Of a stretch of 64,000 nt of DNA, positions 9,754-19,473 are shown piece by piece. Within the stretch, counting starts at the first letter, position 1. Each line of letters begins with the position of its first letter. The notes below the pieces were generated by a model, which saw only the letters and a list, made by a program, of their open reading frames with translations, was not told the DNA's origin and ran no database searches. The translations under genes and the position numbers were made by a program. This DNA is from Candidatus Tenderia sp. (lineage in GTDB: Bacteria; Pseudomonadota; Gammaproteobacteria; Tenderiales; Tenderiaceae): NCBI GenBank assembly GCA_031416075.1, contig JANOSY010000017.1, positions 96,001 to 160,000 of the forward strand, written 5' to 3'.

Positions 9754-10644
9754 TTGAAGTTTTCCAAACCGGCCACCACGATAGATCAACAGATAGACCT
9801 TCTTTTATCTCGTGGTATGGAAATCCCCGACAGGGACTATGCCCGCCACTACCTCACCCATCTGAATTACTACCGGCTTGGGGCCTACTGGCTTCCCTTC
9901 GAATCTGACCACACCTCTCACACCTTTACACCTGGCACCCGCTTTGATGACGTTGTGAGCCTCTACGTGTTCGACCGGGAGTTAAGGCTGCTGGTGATGG
10001 ATGCAATAGAGCGCCTGGAGGCCTCTATTCGTACCCAGTGGGCTTACCAGCTTGCACATAGCTATGGCCCCCATGCCTACCTACGCCCCGATATTTTCAA
10101 AAACGACGGCATACACCACCGCTGTCTGAGTAAATTGAAAGAAGAGCTGGCGCGTAGCCATGAGACCTTTGTGGAGCACTACCAGAACTACACAGACCCG
10201 GCGCTACCCCCAATATGGGCAGTGGTGGAAGTTATGTCGCTGGGGCAGCTTTCAAAATGGGTGCCAGGGCTTACCGATGGCCAGGACCGGCAAGCCATTG
10301 CCAAGAATTACGGCATTGATGAAATTGTATTGACCTCGTTCCTGCACCACCTAACTATCGTGCGGAATGTTTGCGCCCACCATGGCCGCCGATGGAATCG
10401 GCGTTTTGGCTTTCAAGCAAAGATGCCAAAGAAGCCAATGCAGCTTTATCAAAGCCTGAACATGCAACAATCCAAACATATCTATAATACGTTGGTGATG
10501 CTTGAATACATGATGAACATCATCAGTCCTGATCATCACTGGAAGATGCGGCTTATTTCCCTGCTTGAGAAGCATCCTATTGCAAAATCAGTGGTGATGG
10601 GGTTCCCTGTTGGATGGCTATCACAAGATATGTGGAAGTTATGA
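9754..10644 (+). CDS. Abi_2/AbiD/AbiF family HEPN abortive-infection protein
   Basis: KPATTIDQQIDLL.SRG, YYRL.AY, LY.FDRELR, PPIW..VE, HEPN RNVCAH; likely start is TTG 9754 after GGGGG, because the longer ORF from 9682 overlaps the RNA. Confidence 0.9.
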   Translation: MKFSKPATTIDQQIDLLLSRGMEIPDRDYARHYLTHLNYYRLGAYWLPFESDHTSHTFTPGTRFDDVVSLYVFDRELRLLVMDAIERLEASIRTQWAYQLAHSYGPHAYLRPDIFKNDGIHHRCLSKLKEELARSHETFVEHYQNYTDPALPPIWAVVEVMSLGQLSKWVPGLTDGQDRQAIAKNYGIDEIVLTSFLHHLTIVRNVCAHHGRRWNRRFGFQAKMPKKPMQLYQSLNMQQSKHIYNTLVMLEYMMNIISPDHHWKMRLISLLEKHPIAKSVVMGFPVGWLSQDMWKL

Positions 10645-10734
10645 ATGGATGCATCCAATTTAAAGTGGTCATTGAAGTTAATCGGGTGGAATTAATTGCA
10701 TTGCCCTATCTGTTTGGAGATTCAAAGGGATTGT

Positions 10735-11805
10735 ATGGAACTTAATCAAGTTGTTGAAAGTTTGCGAAAGCGTGTTCCTTGGCCTGTGATGAGTAAGTTT
10801 TTGTCTCATTATGGCTTTTTAAAGGGGCATGGGTGGGAAGGGACGGCTGAAAAAATCATTGAAAACCACGGCACAGCTCCTGACGAGGTTAAAGAGAAAA
10901 ATTTAAAAATCCTTAGTCAGTTCTATCGTGAGCATTTATTAGCGGGCGAAAAATCGATTAGATTATATCGAGTTGATGAATCACTTATGCATTCGATTAT
11001 GACTGCATTAGACCAGTACAAAATGCCAGACTCTCTTTTAAAATCGGCGTATCCATACCCGCTCAATGATTCTGATTTGGAGTGCGTTGATGAGGGGGTT
11101 TACCCTGTTTCAATAGAGCACGATGATGATGAGAAGGTGTTGCTTGTCTTTTCTGCAAAACGTCACATAAAAGAAAAAGTCGAAATAGCACCTTCAAGTT
11201 TTGGAAGTGATGCCATTGAGGCACTAGGCCATTTTTCTGAAATATATGGCATCAAAGAATACACTAGGCAGTTTTTTGATGTACTAGCATTTGATATTAA
11301 AGCGAATGTCATTGAAATCCGATTGGATATTGCTGCAAATATTTCATCTGATGATCGAAATATTGGATTTTCACAAACAAAGAAAAAGTTTTGCTCTTTA
11401 ATTCGGGAGCTTGGGGTTTCCTTTGAGTTTGGTTCTGAAATTAATTTGTTTCCAGCAATTGACAAGTTATATAGATTAAAAGAAGGGCGCGTGTGTGAAC
11501 TGGCCTTTACTACCGAAGAAGGATCAATTAAGCACGAAAAAATGAGAAGAAAACATTTGTGTCTTCGGGAGGAAACATATCATAAGGCTGGAGCCCTTGC
11601 TGTTGATGGCCATATTTTTGCGTATCGTATTGCTACAACCTGGACACACAAATCAATGAATTCTCAGCCAGAACTGTTGCTTCCTGGGAGTTCAAGAATG
11701 TTAAGTAAACCAAAAATTTATCTTGGTGAGGCGCTGATCACGAAGTGCTGTGGTTTTTCTGATTATGGTTTTGTAATGAATAAGTTAAATAGCTTAGTCA
11801 CGTAA
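10735..11805 (+). CDS. hypothetical protein, gene 1 of AT-rich three-gene operon
   Basis: Long ORF with AAGGGA RBS before ATG 10735; no family motif recognised. Confidence 0.8.
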   Translation: MELNQVVESLRKRVPWPVMSKFLSHYGFLKGHGWEGTAEKIIENHGTAPDEVKEKNLKILSQFYREHLLAGEKSIRLYRVDESLMHSIMTALDQYKMPDSLLKSAYPYPLNDSDLECVDEGVYPVSIEHDDDEKVLLVFSAKRHIKEKVEIAPSSFGSDAIEALGHFSEIYGIKEYTRQFFDVLAFDIKANVIEIRLDIAANISSDDRNIGFSQTKKKFCSLIRELGVSFEFGSEINLFPAIDKLYRLKEGRVCELAFTTEEGSIKHEKMRRKHLCLREETYHKAGALAVDGHIFAYRIATTWTHKSMNSQPELLLPGSSRMLSKPKIYLGEALITKCCGFSDYGFVMNKLNSLVT

Positions 11806-11806
11806 G

Positions 11807-12229
11807 ATGAGTCGACTGCTTACTGATAATCAAGTCCGAGAGAGACTTGCTGAGGACTGGGGGGATGGATCTCCCCAGTTTTTCGCATGTGTGAAAATAT
11901 TTGAGTATCTACGTTCTCGCCCAATAGAACAGCTAAAGCATCTTACTCTTGGTGGTTTAAAGATTTCTATAAATCATGATGTTCTTGATACTGATTTGCT
12001 TTTAGCAACACAGTATCTGTGCGGTGAAAGAGTGCCGGTTCTTGCACTACATTTTGAATTTTTAGATGAGGATGATAATTATCACGAGATAAGTAGAGGG
12101 GATATGTATTTTGCCGAAAAATATGGGCGAATGGTTCATCCAGTGTCAGGCGAGTTTATCGAAAACTATGATGAAAATATATTTATATATTTCACTCCTG
12201 GAGAATTGATTTGTCAGGGGAAGAGTTAG
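11807..12229 (+). CDS. hypothetical acidic protein, gene 2 of operon
   Basis: Starts 1 nt after the gene 1 stop; 140 aa. Confidence 0.8.
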   Translation: MSRLLTDNQVRERLAEDWGDGSPQFFACVKIFEYLRSRPIEQLKHLTLGGLKISINHDVLDTDLLLATQYLCGERVPVLALHFEFLDEDDNYHEISRGDMYFAEKYGRMVHPVSGEFIENYDENIFIYFTPGELICQGKS

Positions 12230-12231
12230 CC

Positions 12232-12858
12232 ATGGAAATTGAAAAACTCAGCCTAAGCGAGCTTAAAAAGTATGAAAAATATGTTCCTGGTCTTGGTAAC
12301 TTCCCTTCAAGATTTTGCACAACTGATTATGATGATTTTGTTGGTGTTTTATATAAGGATATAGACACAATCGTTGCGGAAATGGAAGAAAATCCAGAGC
12401 ATTACATGAAAGACAGCGAAGATCGGTTAACTATACAAATAAAAATATCTTTGCGTCTTATGGGGTATGAGGCGAATCATGATGCAAAAATTGGCGGCCA
12501 CACAGACCTGTCTGTAAAAAAGCCGAGCCAAAATTGGCTTTGGATTGGTGAAGCAAAGTTGTATGGTGGTCCCAAGTATCTAATGACTGGATTTAAGCAG
12601 TTAACCACGCGATACTCTCCGGGAAATTACAATAACAATCAAGGGGGGATGCTGATTTATATTCAGAAAAAGGATGCGAAAATGCTTATGGATAAATGGG
12701 GAAAGATGCTGGTATCTGAGGGGGATATTTCTGAATCTTTCGCGTGTGGTGTTAACCCATTATCATTTTATTCAAAACATAAGCACCAAAGGACCGGATT
12801 GGATTTCACTGTTCGACATATTCCGTTTGTATTATATTTTGATCCCAGGGATAGATAG
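12232..12858 (+). CDS. putative PD-(D/E)xK restriction-like endonuclease, gene 3 of operon
   Basis: SEDRLT...GGHTDL...WIGEAK...QL..RY pattern; ATG 2 nt after the gene 2 stop. Confidence 0.7.
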   Translation: MEIEKLSLSELKKYEKYVPGLGNFPSRFCTTDYDDFVGVLYKDIDTIVAEMEENPEHYMKDSEDRLTIQIKISLRLMGYEANHDAKIGGHTDLSVKKPSQNWLWIGEAKLYGGPKYLMTGFKQLTTRYSPGNYNNNQGGMLIYIQKKDAKMLMDKWGKMLVSEGDISESFACGVNPLSFYSKHKHQRTGLDFTVRHIPFVLYFDPRDR

Positions 12859-12927
12859 AGCTGTCCCCAACCCTAGCCCCAGACCATAAAGGGTTAACCC
12901 CTATCCTAACGCGGTAAGGCGCACTAA

Positions 12928-12958
12928 GTAGGGCGTCAATAAGCGAAGCGCATTGCGC
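12928..12958 (+). repeat. GTAG-type REP-like palindrome
   Basis: GTAG-GGCGTCAAT-AAGCGAAGCGC-ATTGCGC. Confidence 0.55.
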
Positions 12959-13113
12959 GGAATGAATAAACCAACCCCGCATATGTGTTGCTGCGCAAGA
13001 GCCTGCCCCGCGAAGCGCTTTGGGCGCGCTTGGTGGGTTACGGAATAAAAGACATTCCTAACCCACATTGACTGTCCGCTAATGGCCGATAGCCGCCAAA
13101 CCACGTCCCGTTC

Positions 13114-13139
13114 CGTACAGTTATTGACAGAACTCCAAG
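13114..13139 (-). other. P2/186-type rolling-circle nick origin
   Basis: Minus strand CTTGGAGTTCTGTCAATAACTGTACG resembles the origin inside P2-family gene A and encodes WSSVNNCT. Confidence 0.7.
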
Positions 13140-14242
13140 TTAGAAGCGGCGCTGTGCGCCCTTGATTTTGAAAAAACCTGTAACGGTTCCGGCCCGGTTC
13201 CAGCCCCAAGCTGTTTAGGACTGGCCCCAACCCCAGCCCCATAGACTTGAGGGCTAGCCCCTGTCCTGGCCCCATACCCTTGGGGGCTGGCCCCTGTTCC
13301 AGCCCCAGGGCCGGAGTTTTCTGAAATATTCCGAAGCCTTTCTGAAACCGGTTCCTGATTCGGTTCTAAAAACTCCATAACCGGTTCAGTACCGCTTTCG
13401 GTCCGGTTCTGGCCCTGCGTATAGTTGTGTTCATCCTCATGAAACTGCTTGGAACCGATCTCAAACCGATTTTTTACTGGATTACAGATAATCGTCCAGT
13501 TTTGCATGGGGCTAAGAAAGGTGATGCCGTTGAACTCCAGCCCCACGACTTGCTCCCCCTTGGGTTCACCGTAGCGCCCAGGTTCTGCATTGAAGAGGCG
13601 GCTAAGTTTTACCGGTTGATCTTTACGGCTGGCAGTGGGGCCGCCCATCAACAAAGTAAACTCATTCCACTGGCCTGCATCGGCGGCCAATCTGATCTTT
13701 TCAAATTCGGAGTTATCTTGTGGCCCCATACGACGCAATTCTCGCCAGACCGTTACTGATGGCCCGCCAAACTGTTGAAACTGGCGTATGCCCCAAGTGG
13801 CCGCCCAGGCGGCGACACGTTCGGCAGAGGTGGCCGCGTTGTGGCCATAGAGGTCTTTATCGACGCCAAAGCCATCGATGTTCTTGGAGATATATTTAGC
13901 GATGTAACCGATTGCGGTCCCTTTTTTGGGATCAATCACTTTAACAGTAAACCTGTTTTCCTTTGCCCCTGGTTCATCACCCTCTTCCTGGAGGGCGTAG
14001 GTTCTGAAAATCTCCTGAACTCGTTCTGAATCTTCAGGAGATACAAATAATAAAAAATGGGCGTGTGGTGTACCGTCGTGCATGGGTTCCACCACTCTGA
14101 AACCGTAGGCCTCTATCTCATCACGTGTAAACTTTGAACGAATGCGGCTCCAGACCCTGTTTAAATATTGGTTTGCCTCCCTTGGTGTTGTTCCGTCATA
14201 TCTGGGGTTCTCTTGTCCCGATCTTGAATAACGGGCGTGCAA
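13121..14242 (-). pseudogene. 5'-truncated P2 gpA-like replication endonuclease (HUH)
   Basis: GFRVVEPMHDGTPHAH, GYIAKYISKNIDG, WGIRQFQQFGGP.VTVWRELRR; begins abruptly, and WSSVNNCT lies in another frame. Confidence 0.88.
13191..13306 (+). repeat. 33-bp degenerate tandem repeat (3.5 copies)
   Basis: Units start at 13191, 13224, 13257 and 13290; a related displaced copy lies at 12864-12907. Confidence 0.8.
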
Positions 14243-14450
14243 TTTTTAAAATATAGTTGCCTGACAGGGGAATTCAGAATAGCTTAGTCACACTGGATAC
14301 TATAGATGTACGACTATGGCTGTATCACCACAAAACATTTGCGACACCCTATTTACCGTAAAGAGCTTAACTATGTAGTTAATTTTAAAACTTCGCAGGC
14401 AGGGAGATTGATGCGGAGATACATCTGTAACCACGACAGGGAGAATCTAA

Positions 14451-15773
14451 ATGATGTTCACAACACCCTCTATACGCTGGCCACTGGCCGGGACACTGCT
14501 CATCGCATCAGGCGCTGTCTCTGCGTCCGGTTTTGCGCTGATTGAACAGAGCGGCAGCGGCTTAGGCAACGCATATGCCGGTGGTGCTGCCAGCGCCGAT
14601 GACGCCGCCACCCTCTTTTTCAACCCCGCTGGCATGGCCCGCCTGGAGGGTAAACAGATCGCGCTGGCAGGGCATCTGATAAAACCGACGGTCCACTTCA
14701 CCGATAACGGCTCAACGGGGGCGTTACTGCAAACGGCTGGGGGAGCGGGTGGTGACGCCGGTAGCTGGGCAGTGGTGCCTAACGCCTACTTTGCCATGGC
14801 GCTTAATCCCCAAACCCGCATAGGTTTAGGCATCAACGCTCCGTTCGGTTTGCAAACCAAGTATGACGGCGACTGGATTGGCCGTTTTCAGGCGATCAAA
14901 TCGAAGATTGAGACCGTCAACATCAACCCCTCCATCTCATACGACATCAACAGTATGATTTCGCTGGGTGCCGGGCTGAATTACCAGTTCATCAAAGGGG
15001 AACTCACCAGCGCCGTCAATTACAGTGCCGCTGCCTTTGCAGCGGGCGGCTCGGCACTGCTGACGGCGATTGGCGGGCCAAACCAGGAGGGGCTAAGTAC
15101 CATTAAGGGGGATGATTCAGCCTGGGGATATAACCTGGGGGGGTTGATCAACATCGATTCACAGACCCGTGTTGGCCTCGCCTACCGTTCCAAGGTCAAA
15201 TATAAACTGAATGGCACGGTATCGTTTGACGATGTACCGGCGGCGATGGCCTCCAGCCCGCTGCTGGCAAACGCGGATGTCACACTGCCCATCGACATGC
15301 CAGACACCTTTTCGATCAGTGGTTTTCACCAGCACAATGGCCAGTGGGATTTCATGGCGGATGCCACCTGGACCGGCTGGGGGGTATTTAAACAGCTGAA
15401 GATCGACCGCTCAAACGGTTCAAATGTGCAGACAGTCAATGAGAACTGGAAAAACAGCTGGCGCTTTTCGGCAGGCACAAATTACCACTACAACCAGAAG
15501 TGGCTTACGCGTGCGGGTGTGGCGCTTGATCAGGCCCCGGTGCCCGATTCACACCGCACTGCCCGCATTCCCGATAACGACCGTACCTGGCTTGCACTGG
15601 GTGGTCAGTACAAACCCTCCACCAATGAGGCATTCGATTTTGGTTACGCCCACCTGCTTGTAAAAGGGTCAACCATTGCTGACATGCAAGCCGCCAGCGG
15701 CAAGGGTAATCTCGTGGGGAACTATGCCAATAGCGTCGATATTTTGAGCGTTCAATATACACGATCGTTTTAA
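14451..15773 (+). CDS. OmpP1/FadL family outer-membrane transporter
   Basis: Signal peptide, SGFALIEQS..GLGNAYAG, FFNPAGM, RIPDNDR, C-terminal F. Confidence 0.93.
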   Translation: MMFTTPSIRWPLAGTLLIASGAVSASGFALIEQSGSGLGNAYAGGAASADDAATLFFNPAGMARLEGKQIALAGHLIKPTVHFTDNGSTGALLQTAGGAGGDAGSWAVVPNAYFAMALNPQTRIGLGINAPFGLQTKYDGDWIGRFQAIKSKIETVNINPSISYDINSMISLGAGLNYQFIKGELTSAVNYSAAAFAAGGSALLTAIGGPNQEGLSTIKGDDSAWGYNLGGLINIDSQTRVGLAYRSKVKYKLNGTVSFDDVPAAMASSPLLANADVTLPIDMPDTFSISGFHQHNGQWDFMADATWTGWGVFKQLKIDRSNGSNVQTVNENWKNSWRFSAGTNYHYNQKWLTRAGVALDQAPVPDSHRTARIPDNDRTWLALGGQYKPSTNEAFDFGYAHLLVKGSTIADMQAASGKGNLVGNYANSVDILSVQYTRSF

Positions 15774-15834
15774 TCTGCTGGCTAATCAGCATAGCTACTA
15801 TCTTACAGTAGCTGCGTCATACCTCGGAAACAGC

Positions 15835-15865
15835 ACCCGCACACGTAAGCTTGTGCGGGTATTTT
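15835..15865 (+). terminator. Rho-independent terminator
   Basis: ACCCGCACA/TGTGCGGGT stem followed by ATTTT. Confidence 0.65.
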
Positions 15866-15931
15866 CATCGACATAGGCCAGTATTATCCGTGTCCCTATA
15901 CGATCAACAATCGTTTTGACAATCGATAGCC

Positions 15932-16269
15932 CTACCCCTGAACCAGCGGTGTGGTCTCTAAGGTCACACCAACATTATCCACCAGGTTGTCTGTTGCCAA
16001 GGTACCAAACACACTTATCAAAACAATCGAACTCCAATAGCCCCATGGAGTATATCGTTGCGAGCGAAACTGAAGCCCCAGTGTCATCTGTAACAACAGC
16101 GCTGTTATTAATGAAGTCGACATCAACCCCATCTGCAAGTTGACGTTCAAAAAATCTGCCGCTGTCTCCCCCACCGTTGTGGCCATAATTTTGACAACCC
16201 AGAAAAAAGGGGCACCTCAGGAATCTTATTTAACATCTGTGTGGTACCGCTACCCAACGTTTTATTCAT
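15932..16269 (-). pseudogene. frameshifted, truncated COG4705/DUF347 membrane-anchored protein
   Basis: MLNKIPEV, frameshift in a T-run, then KIMATTVGET.AD...YW..IV..SV.GT..TD; stops after about 110 codons. Confidence 0.75.
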
Positions 16270-16367
16270 GATTTACTCTCCTGACAGATCAGCTGCATAA
16301 CCAATGGACAGCGCTACTATCACCAACAAAACTTAGGAGAGACACAGGAAAAAAATAACAGCGGCGG

Positions 16368-16409
16368 AATAACAAAGGCCCATCACTCTCGAGACGGGCC
16401 TTTGTTATT
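16368..16409. terminator. hairpin, probable terminator of the RND operon
   Basis: AATAACAAAGGCCC / GGGCCTTTGTTATT 14-bp stem. Confidence 0.65.
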
Positions 16410-16434
16410 TTTCACTCTCAATAAAATTGAACCA

Positions 16435-19400
16435 TCACCTCAGTTGCGGCTGTTTGCCCTCCCCCAGCCGCAACAGACTCGGCAACAGAATCAACGTAAA
16501 GAGCGTACTCACCGCCATGCCGCCGACAATCACCGCACCCAGGCCCCGATAGAGCTCAGTACCGGCCCCCGGTATCAGTACCAGCGGCAACATACCAAAG
16601 ATGGTGGTAAGGGTACTCATGAGGATGGGACGGAGACGCTGACGGATCGCCAGCTGTACTGCGTCGCGGCGCGAGACCCCTTCGCGTTCGGCGCTACGGG
16701 TCAGGTCTACCAGCAGGATGGCGTTGTTGACCATCAAACCGAGCAGGATGATGAAACCGATCATGGTAAGCAGGTCCATCGGCTGATTGACGCCTGCCAG
16801 ATTCAGCAGCCACAGCGCCAGCACTCCCCCCACCGTCGCCAGAGGAATCGTCAACAGCACCAGCAGGCTATCCATGAAGGAGCGGAACAGGGCGCTGATG
16901 AGCAGGTAGAGGATGACAATCGCCAGTAGGAAGGAACCCGCCATGCTCTTGAGCATCTCCTGCAGCTTGTCTGCCGAACCGGAGTAGCTGAGGATGCCAT
17001 CCTCCGGCAGCGCCGCCTCGATGGCGGGTTCGACCTTCTCCTTAATGAGATCAAGCCCCTCCTCCACCGACATCCCTTCCGGCAGCCGCACCTGCAGAGT
17101 GACGGTGCGGTGGCGATCGATACGGCGCAACTGATCGGGGCCGGCGGTCTGCACCACCTTCACCAGCGCGCCAAGCGGCTGAATGCCGCCCTCCGGCGTG
17201 GCCAGCGGAATCGCCGTCAACGCTTCCGGCGTCGCCCAGCCCTGACTACGCAGGATCACATCAAGGCGTTTGTCGCCATCAAAGTAGTCCGCCACATAGA
17301 GGCCACTGCCGAGGGCGCGGGCAATGCCGCCCATGTCGCCACGATTCCACCCCACCTCGGCGAGGCGGCGCTCGTCCGGTACCAGCCGTAACTCCGGCTC
17401 GGCCAGATCAAGCCCCGGGAAGGGGCGCGGCATTGAGCCAAACGCCTCACGCACCGCCATAAAACCGGCGCTGCCGGCCTGGAGCAACCCTTCGAGGTCG
17501 CTGCCCTGAATATCAATATCAATAGAGCGGCCACCACCCAGCCCGCCAAACAGCGACGCCTTGAAGGCAAAACCGATGGTATCGGGGAAGGAGGCGATTA
17601 CCCCGTTGATCACCGGCGTCAGTTCGCCGATGCGGGTGGCGTCAGCGGTCTGCGCCCCCATGAACATGCCATTGTTGAAAGCGATAAAGAAGTAGTGACT
17701 CACCTGTGGCTGCTTTTCACCACTGAGATAGGGACTCATCGCCGCCGCCACCTGCGCCCCCATCTCCTTCTCCATATAACCGATGTTGGCCCCCGGCGGC
17801 GGATTGATGAAGCTGATGATCAGGTTGCGATTCCCCTCCGGCAGGTAGTCAGCCTTGGGCACCATGAACCAGGCCAGCAGCAGCGGCACAGTCACCAGCC
17901 CCACGATCCAGAGGCGACGACCACGCGCCCCGGTCGTGTGCATGATGGCGGCGGTAATGTTATCCCACCACTTCTCATGGGGGTCGACCAGGCGTGTCTG
18001 TTTGAGCCAGCTCACGGCAGCCGTGGGCAATACCACCACCGCCACCAGCAGCGAAAGGCAGACCGCCACCGAGATGGTGAGCGCCAGATCGGCAAAGAGT
18101 TGCCCCGCCTCATCGGCAAGGAAGAGCACGGGCAGAAAAATGGCGACGGTGGTGGCGGTCGAGGCGAGAATCGCCCCCCACACCTGAGTGGTGCCATGTC
18201 GGGCGGCAGCCACATAGTTCACCCCTGATTCACGCAACCGGACGATGTTCTCCAGCACCACAATCGCAGCATCCAGCACCATGCCGACGGCAAAGGCGAG
18301 ACCAGCAAGGGAGATGACATTGAGCGTGCGCCCCGCCATATCCATCACCATAAAGCTGCCCACCACACAGATGGGAATCGCCAGCGCCACAATCAGGGTA
18401 GCGCGCAGGCGGCGGAAGAACCACCACAGCACCCCCACCGCCAGCAGGATGCCCATCAGCAGATTCTCCACCACCATATATATAGAATCATTGATGTAAT
18501 CGGTCTCGTCATAGACCTGAGCAATAGTAAGATTGGCCTGCTTGAGCGGTCCCTCGCGCAGCTCCTCCACCGCCTCTTTCAACCCGGCCATCACCTCCAG
18601 CACATTGACGCCGCTCTCGCGGTGGGCGTTGATCGCCATGGCGGGCTGGCCGTTCTGGATCACAAAGCTGGCGCGATCCTCCATCTGCACCGCCACTGTG
18701 GCGACATCACGCAGATAGACCGGCCTCCCCTCGCGCCAGTCGATGATCAGACCGGCCAGATCATCGGCCTTGTAGGCACCGGCATAACGGAGGGTATAGC
18801 GGCGCTTGCCCACCTCGGCAAAACCGGCAGAGCTATCCTTGGCACCCACCAGCTTCACCACCTCCGGCAGCTGAACGCCGAGGCTGGCGGCCTTGTAAGG
18901 ATCGAAGGTGATACGCAGTTCGTTCTGGCGACCGCCACGCAGCTCGGACATGGCCACGCCGGGCACCCGCTCGAAACGACTCTGCACCACCTCTTCAAGG
19001 AAGTTCTGGTAGGAGGCGATATCGCGCTCGTTGCCCGCCCCCGCCTTGATGACGAACCAGGCGATGGGGCGGCTGTCGCCACCCACGGTGCTGATCACCG
19101 GCTCGCTGGCATCGGTAGGGTAACGGGCAACGCGATTGAGGCGACTCATCACCTCCAGCAGGGCACGGCGCAAGTCGGTGCCAACGGCAAAGGTGAGTGT
19201 CACCTTGCCCTGGCCGCGACTCGCCTCGGCGAGGATCCGCGTCGCCCCCGGCAGGCCGCGCAACGCATCCTCCTGCGGCTCCACAATCTCCGCCTCCACC
19301 TCCTCCGGCGCAGCGGCGCGCCAGGTGGTGGAGATGGTGATCTTGGGCTCCTCCACTTCCGGCGTCAGCTGGATCGGCAGCCGCTCCATGCTGATAAAGC

Positions 19401-19473
19401 CAAACAGCACAACAAGCAGCACCGCGACGGCCACCGCCACCGGATTGCCGAGGGAGAGACGCGTCAGATTCAC
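16435..19473 (-). CDS. RND efflux permease (AcrB/AcrD/AcrF family)
   Basis: 1012 aa; GMVLDAAIVVLENI, NNAILLVD, RLRPILMSTLTT. Confidence 0.96.
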   Translation of the reverse strand: MNLTRLSLGNPVAVAVAVLLVVLFGFISMERLPIQLTPEVEEPKITISTTWRAAAPEEVEAEIVEPQEDALRGLPGATRILAEASRGQGKVTLTFAVGTDLRRALLEVMSRLNRVARYPTDASEPVISTVGGDSRPIAWFVIKAGAGNERDIASYQNFLEEVVQSRFERVPGVAMSELRGGRQNELRITFDPYKAASLGVQLPEVVKLVGAKDSSAGFAEVGKRRYTLRYAGAYKADDLAGLIIDWREGRPVYLRDVATVAVQMEDRASFVIQNGQPAMAINAHRESGVNVLEVMAGLKEAVEELREGPLKQANLTIAQVYDETDYINDSIYMVVENLLMGILLAVGVLWWFFRRLRATLIVALAIPICVVGSFMVMDMAGRTLNVISLAGLAFAVGMVLDAAIVVLENIVRLRESGVNYVAAARHGTTQVWGAILASTATTVAIFLPVLFLADEAGQLFADLALTISVAVCLSLLVAVVVLPTAAVSWLKQTRLVDPHEKWWDNITAAIMHTTGARGRRLWIVGLVTVPLLLAWFMVPKADYLPEGNRNLIISFINPPPGANIGYMEKEMGAQVAAAMSPYLSGEKQPQVSHYFFIAFNNGMFMGAQTADATRIGELTPVINGVIASFPDTIGFAFKASLFGGLGGGRSIDIDIQGSDLEGLLQAGSAGFMAVREAFGSMPRPFPGLDLAEPELRLVPDERRLAEVGWNRGDMGGIARALGSGLYVADYFDGDKRLDVILRSQGWATPEALTAIPLATPEGGIQPLGALVKVVQTAGPDQLRRIDRHRTVTLQVRLPEGMSVEEGLDLIKEKVEPAIEAALPEDGILSYSGSADKLQEMLKSMAGSFLLAIVILYLLISALFRSFMDSLLVLLTIPLATVGGVLALWLLNLAGVNQPMDLLTMIGFIILLGLMVNNAILLVDLTRSAEREGVSRRDAVQLAIRQRLRPILMSTLTTIFGMLPLVLIPGAGTELYRGLGAVIVGGMAVSTLFTLILLPSLLRLGEGKQPQLR

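Larger units (their letters stand above)
8720..14250. mobile_element. degenerate P2-like prophage or satellite remnant integrated at the tRNA, carrying defence-type cargo
   Basis: Adjacent to tRNA, att-like sites, AT-rich cargo, truncated P2 gpA with nick origin; no integrase or attR seen, so the right boundary is approximate. Confidence 0.7.

Noticed and set aside
9620-12880. Inverted repeats GGGGTAGCTGGGGGCAGCT / AGCTGTCCCCAACCCTAGCCCC flanking the defence cassette
   Set aside because: Short, low-complexity match with no target duplication or transposase; may be chance.
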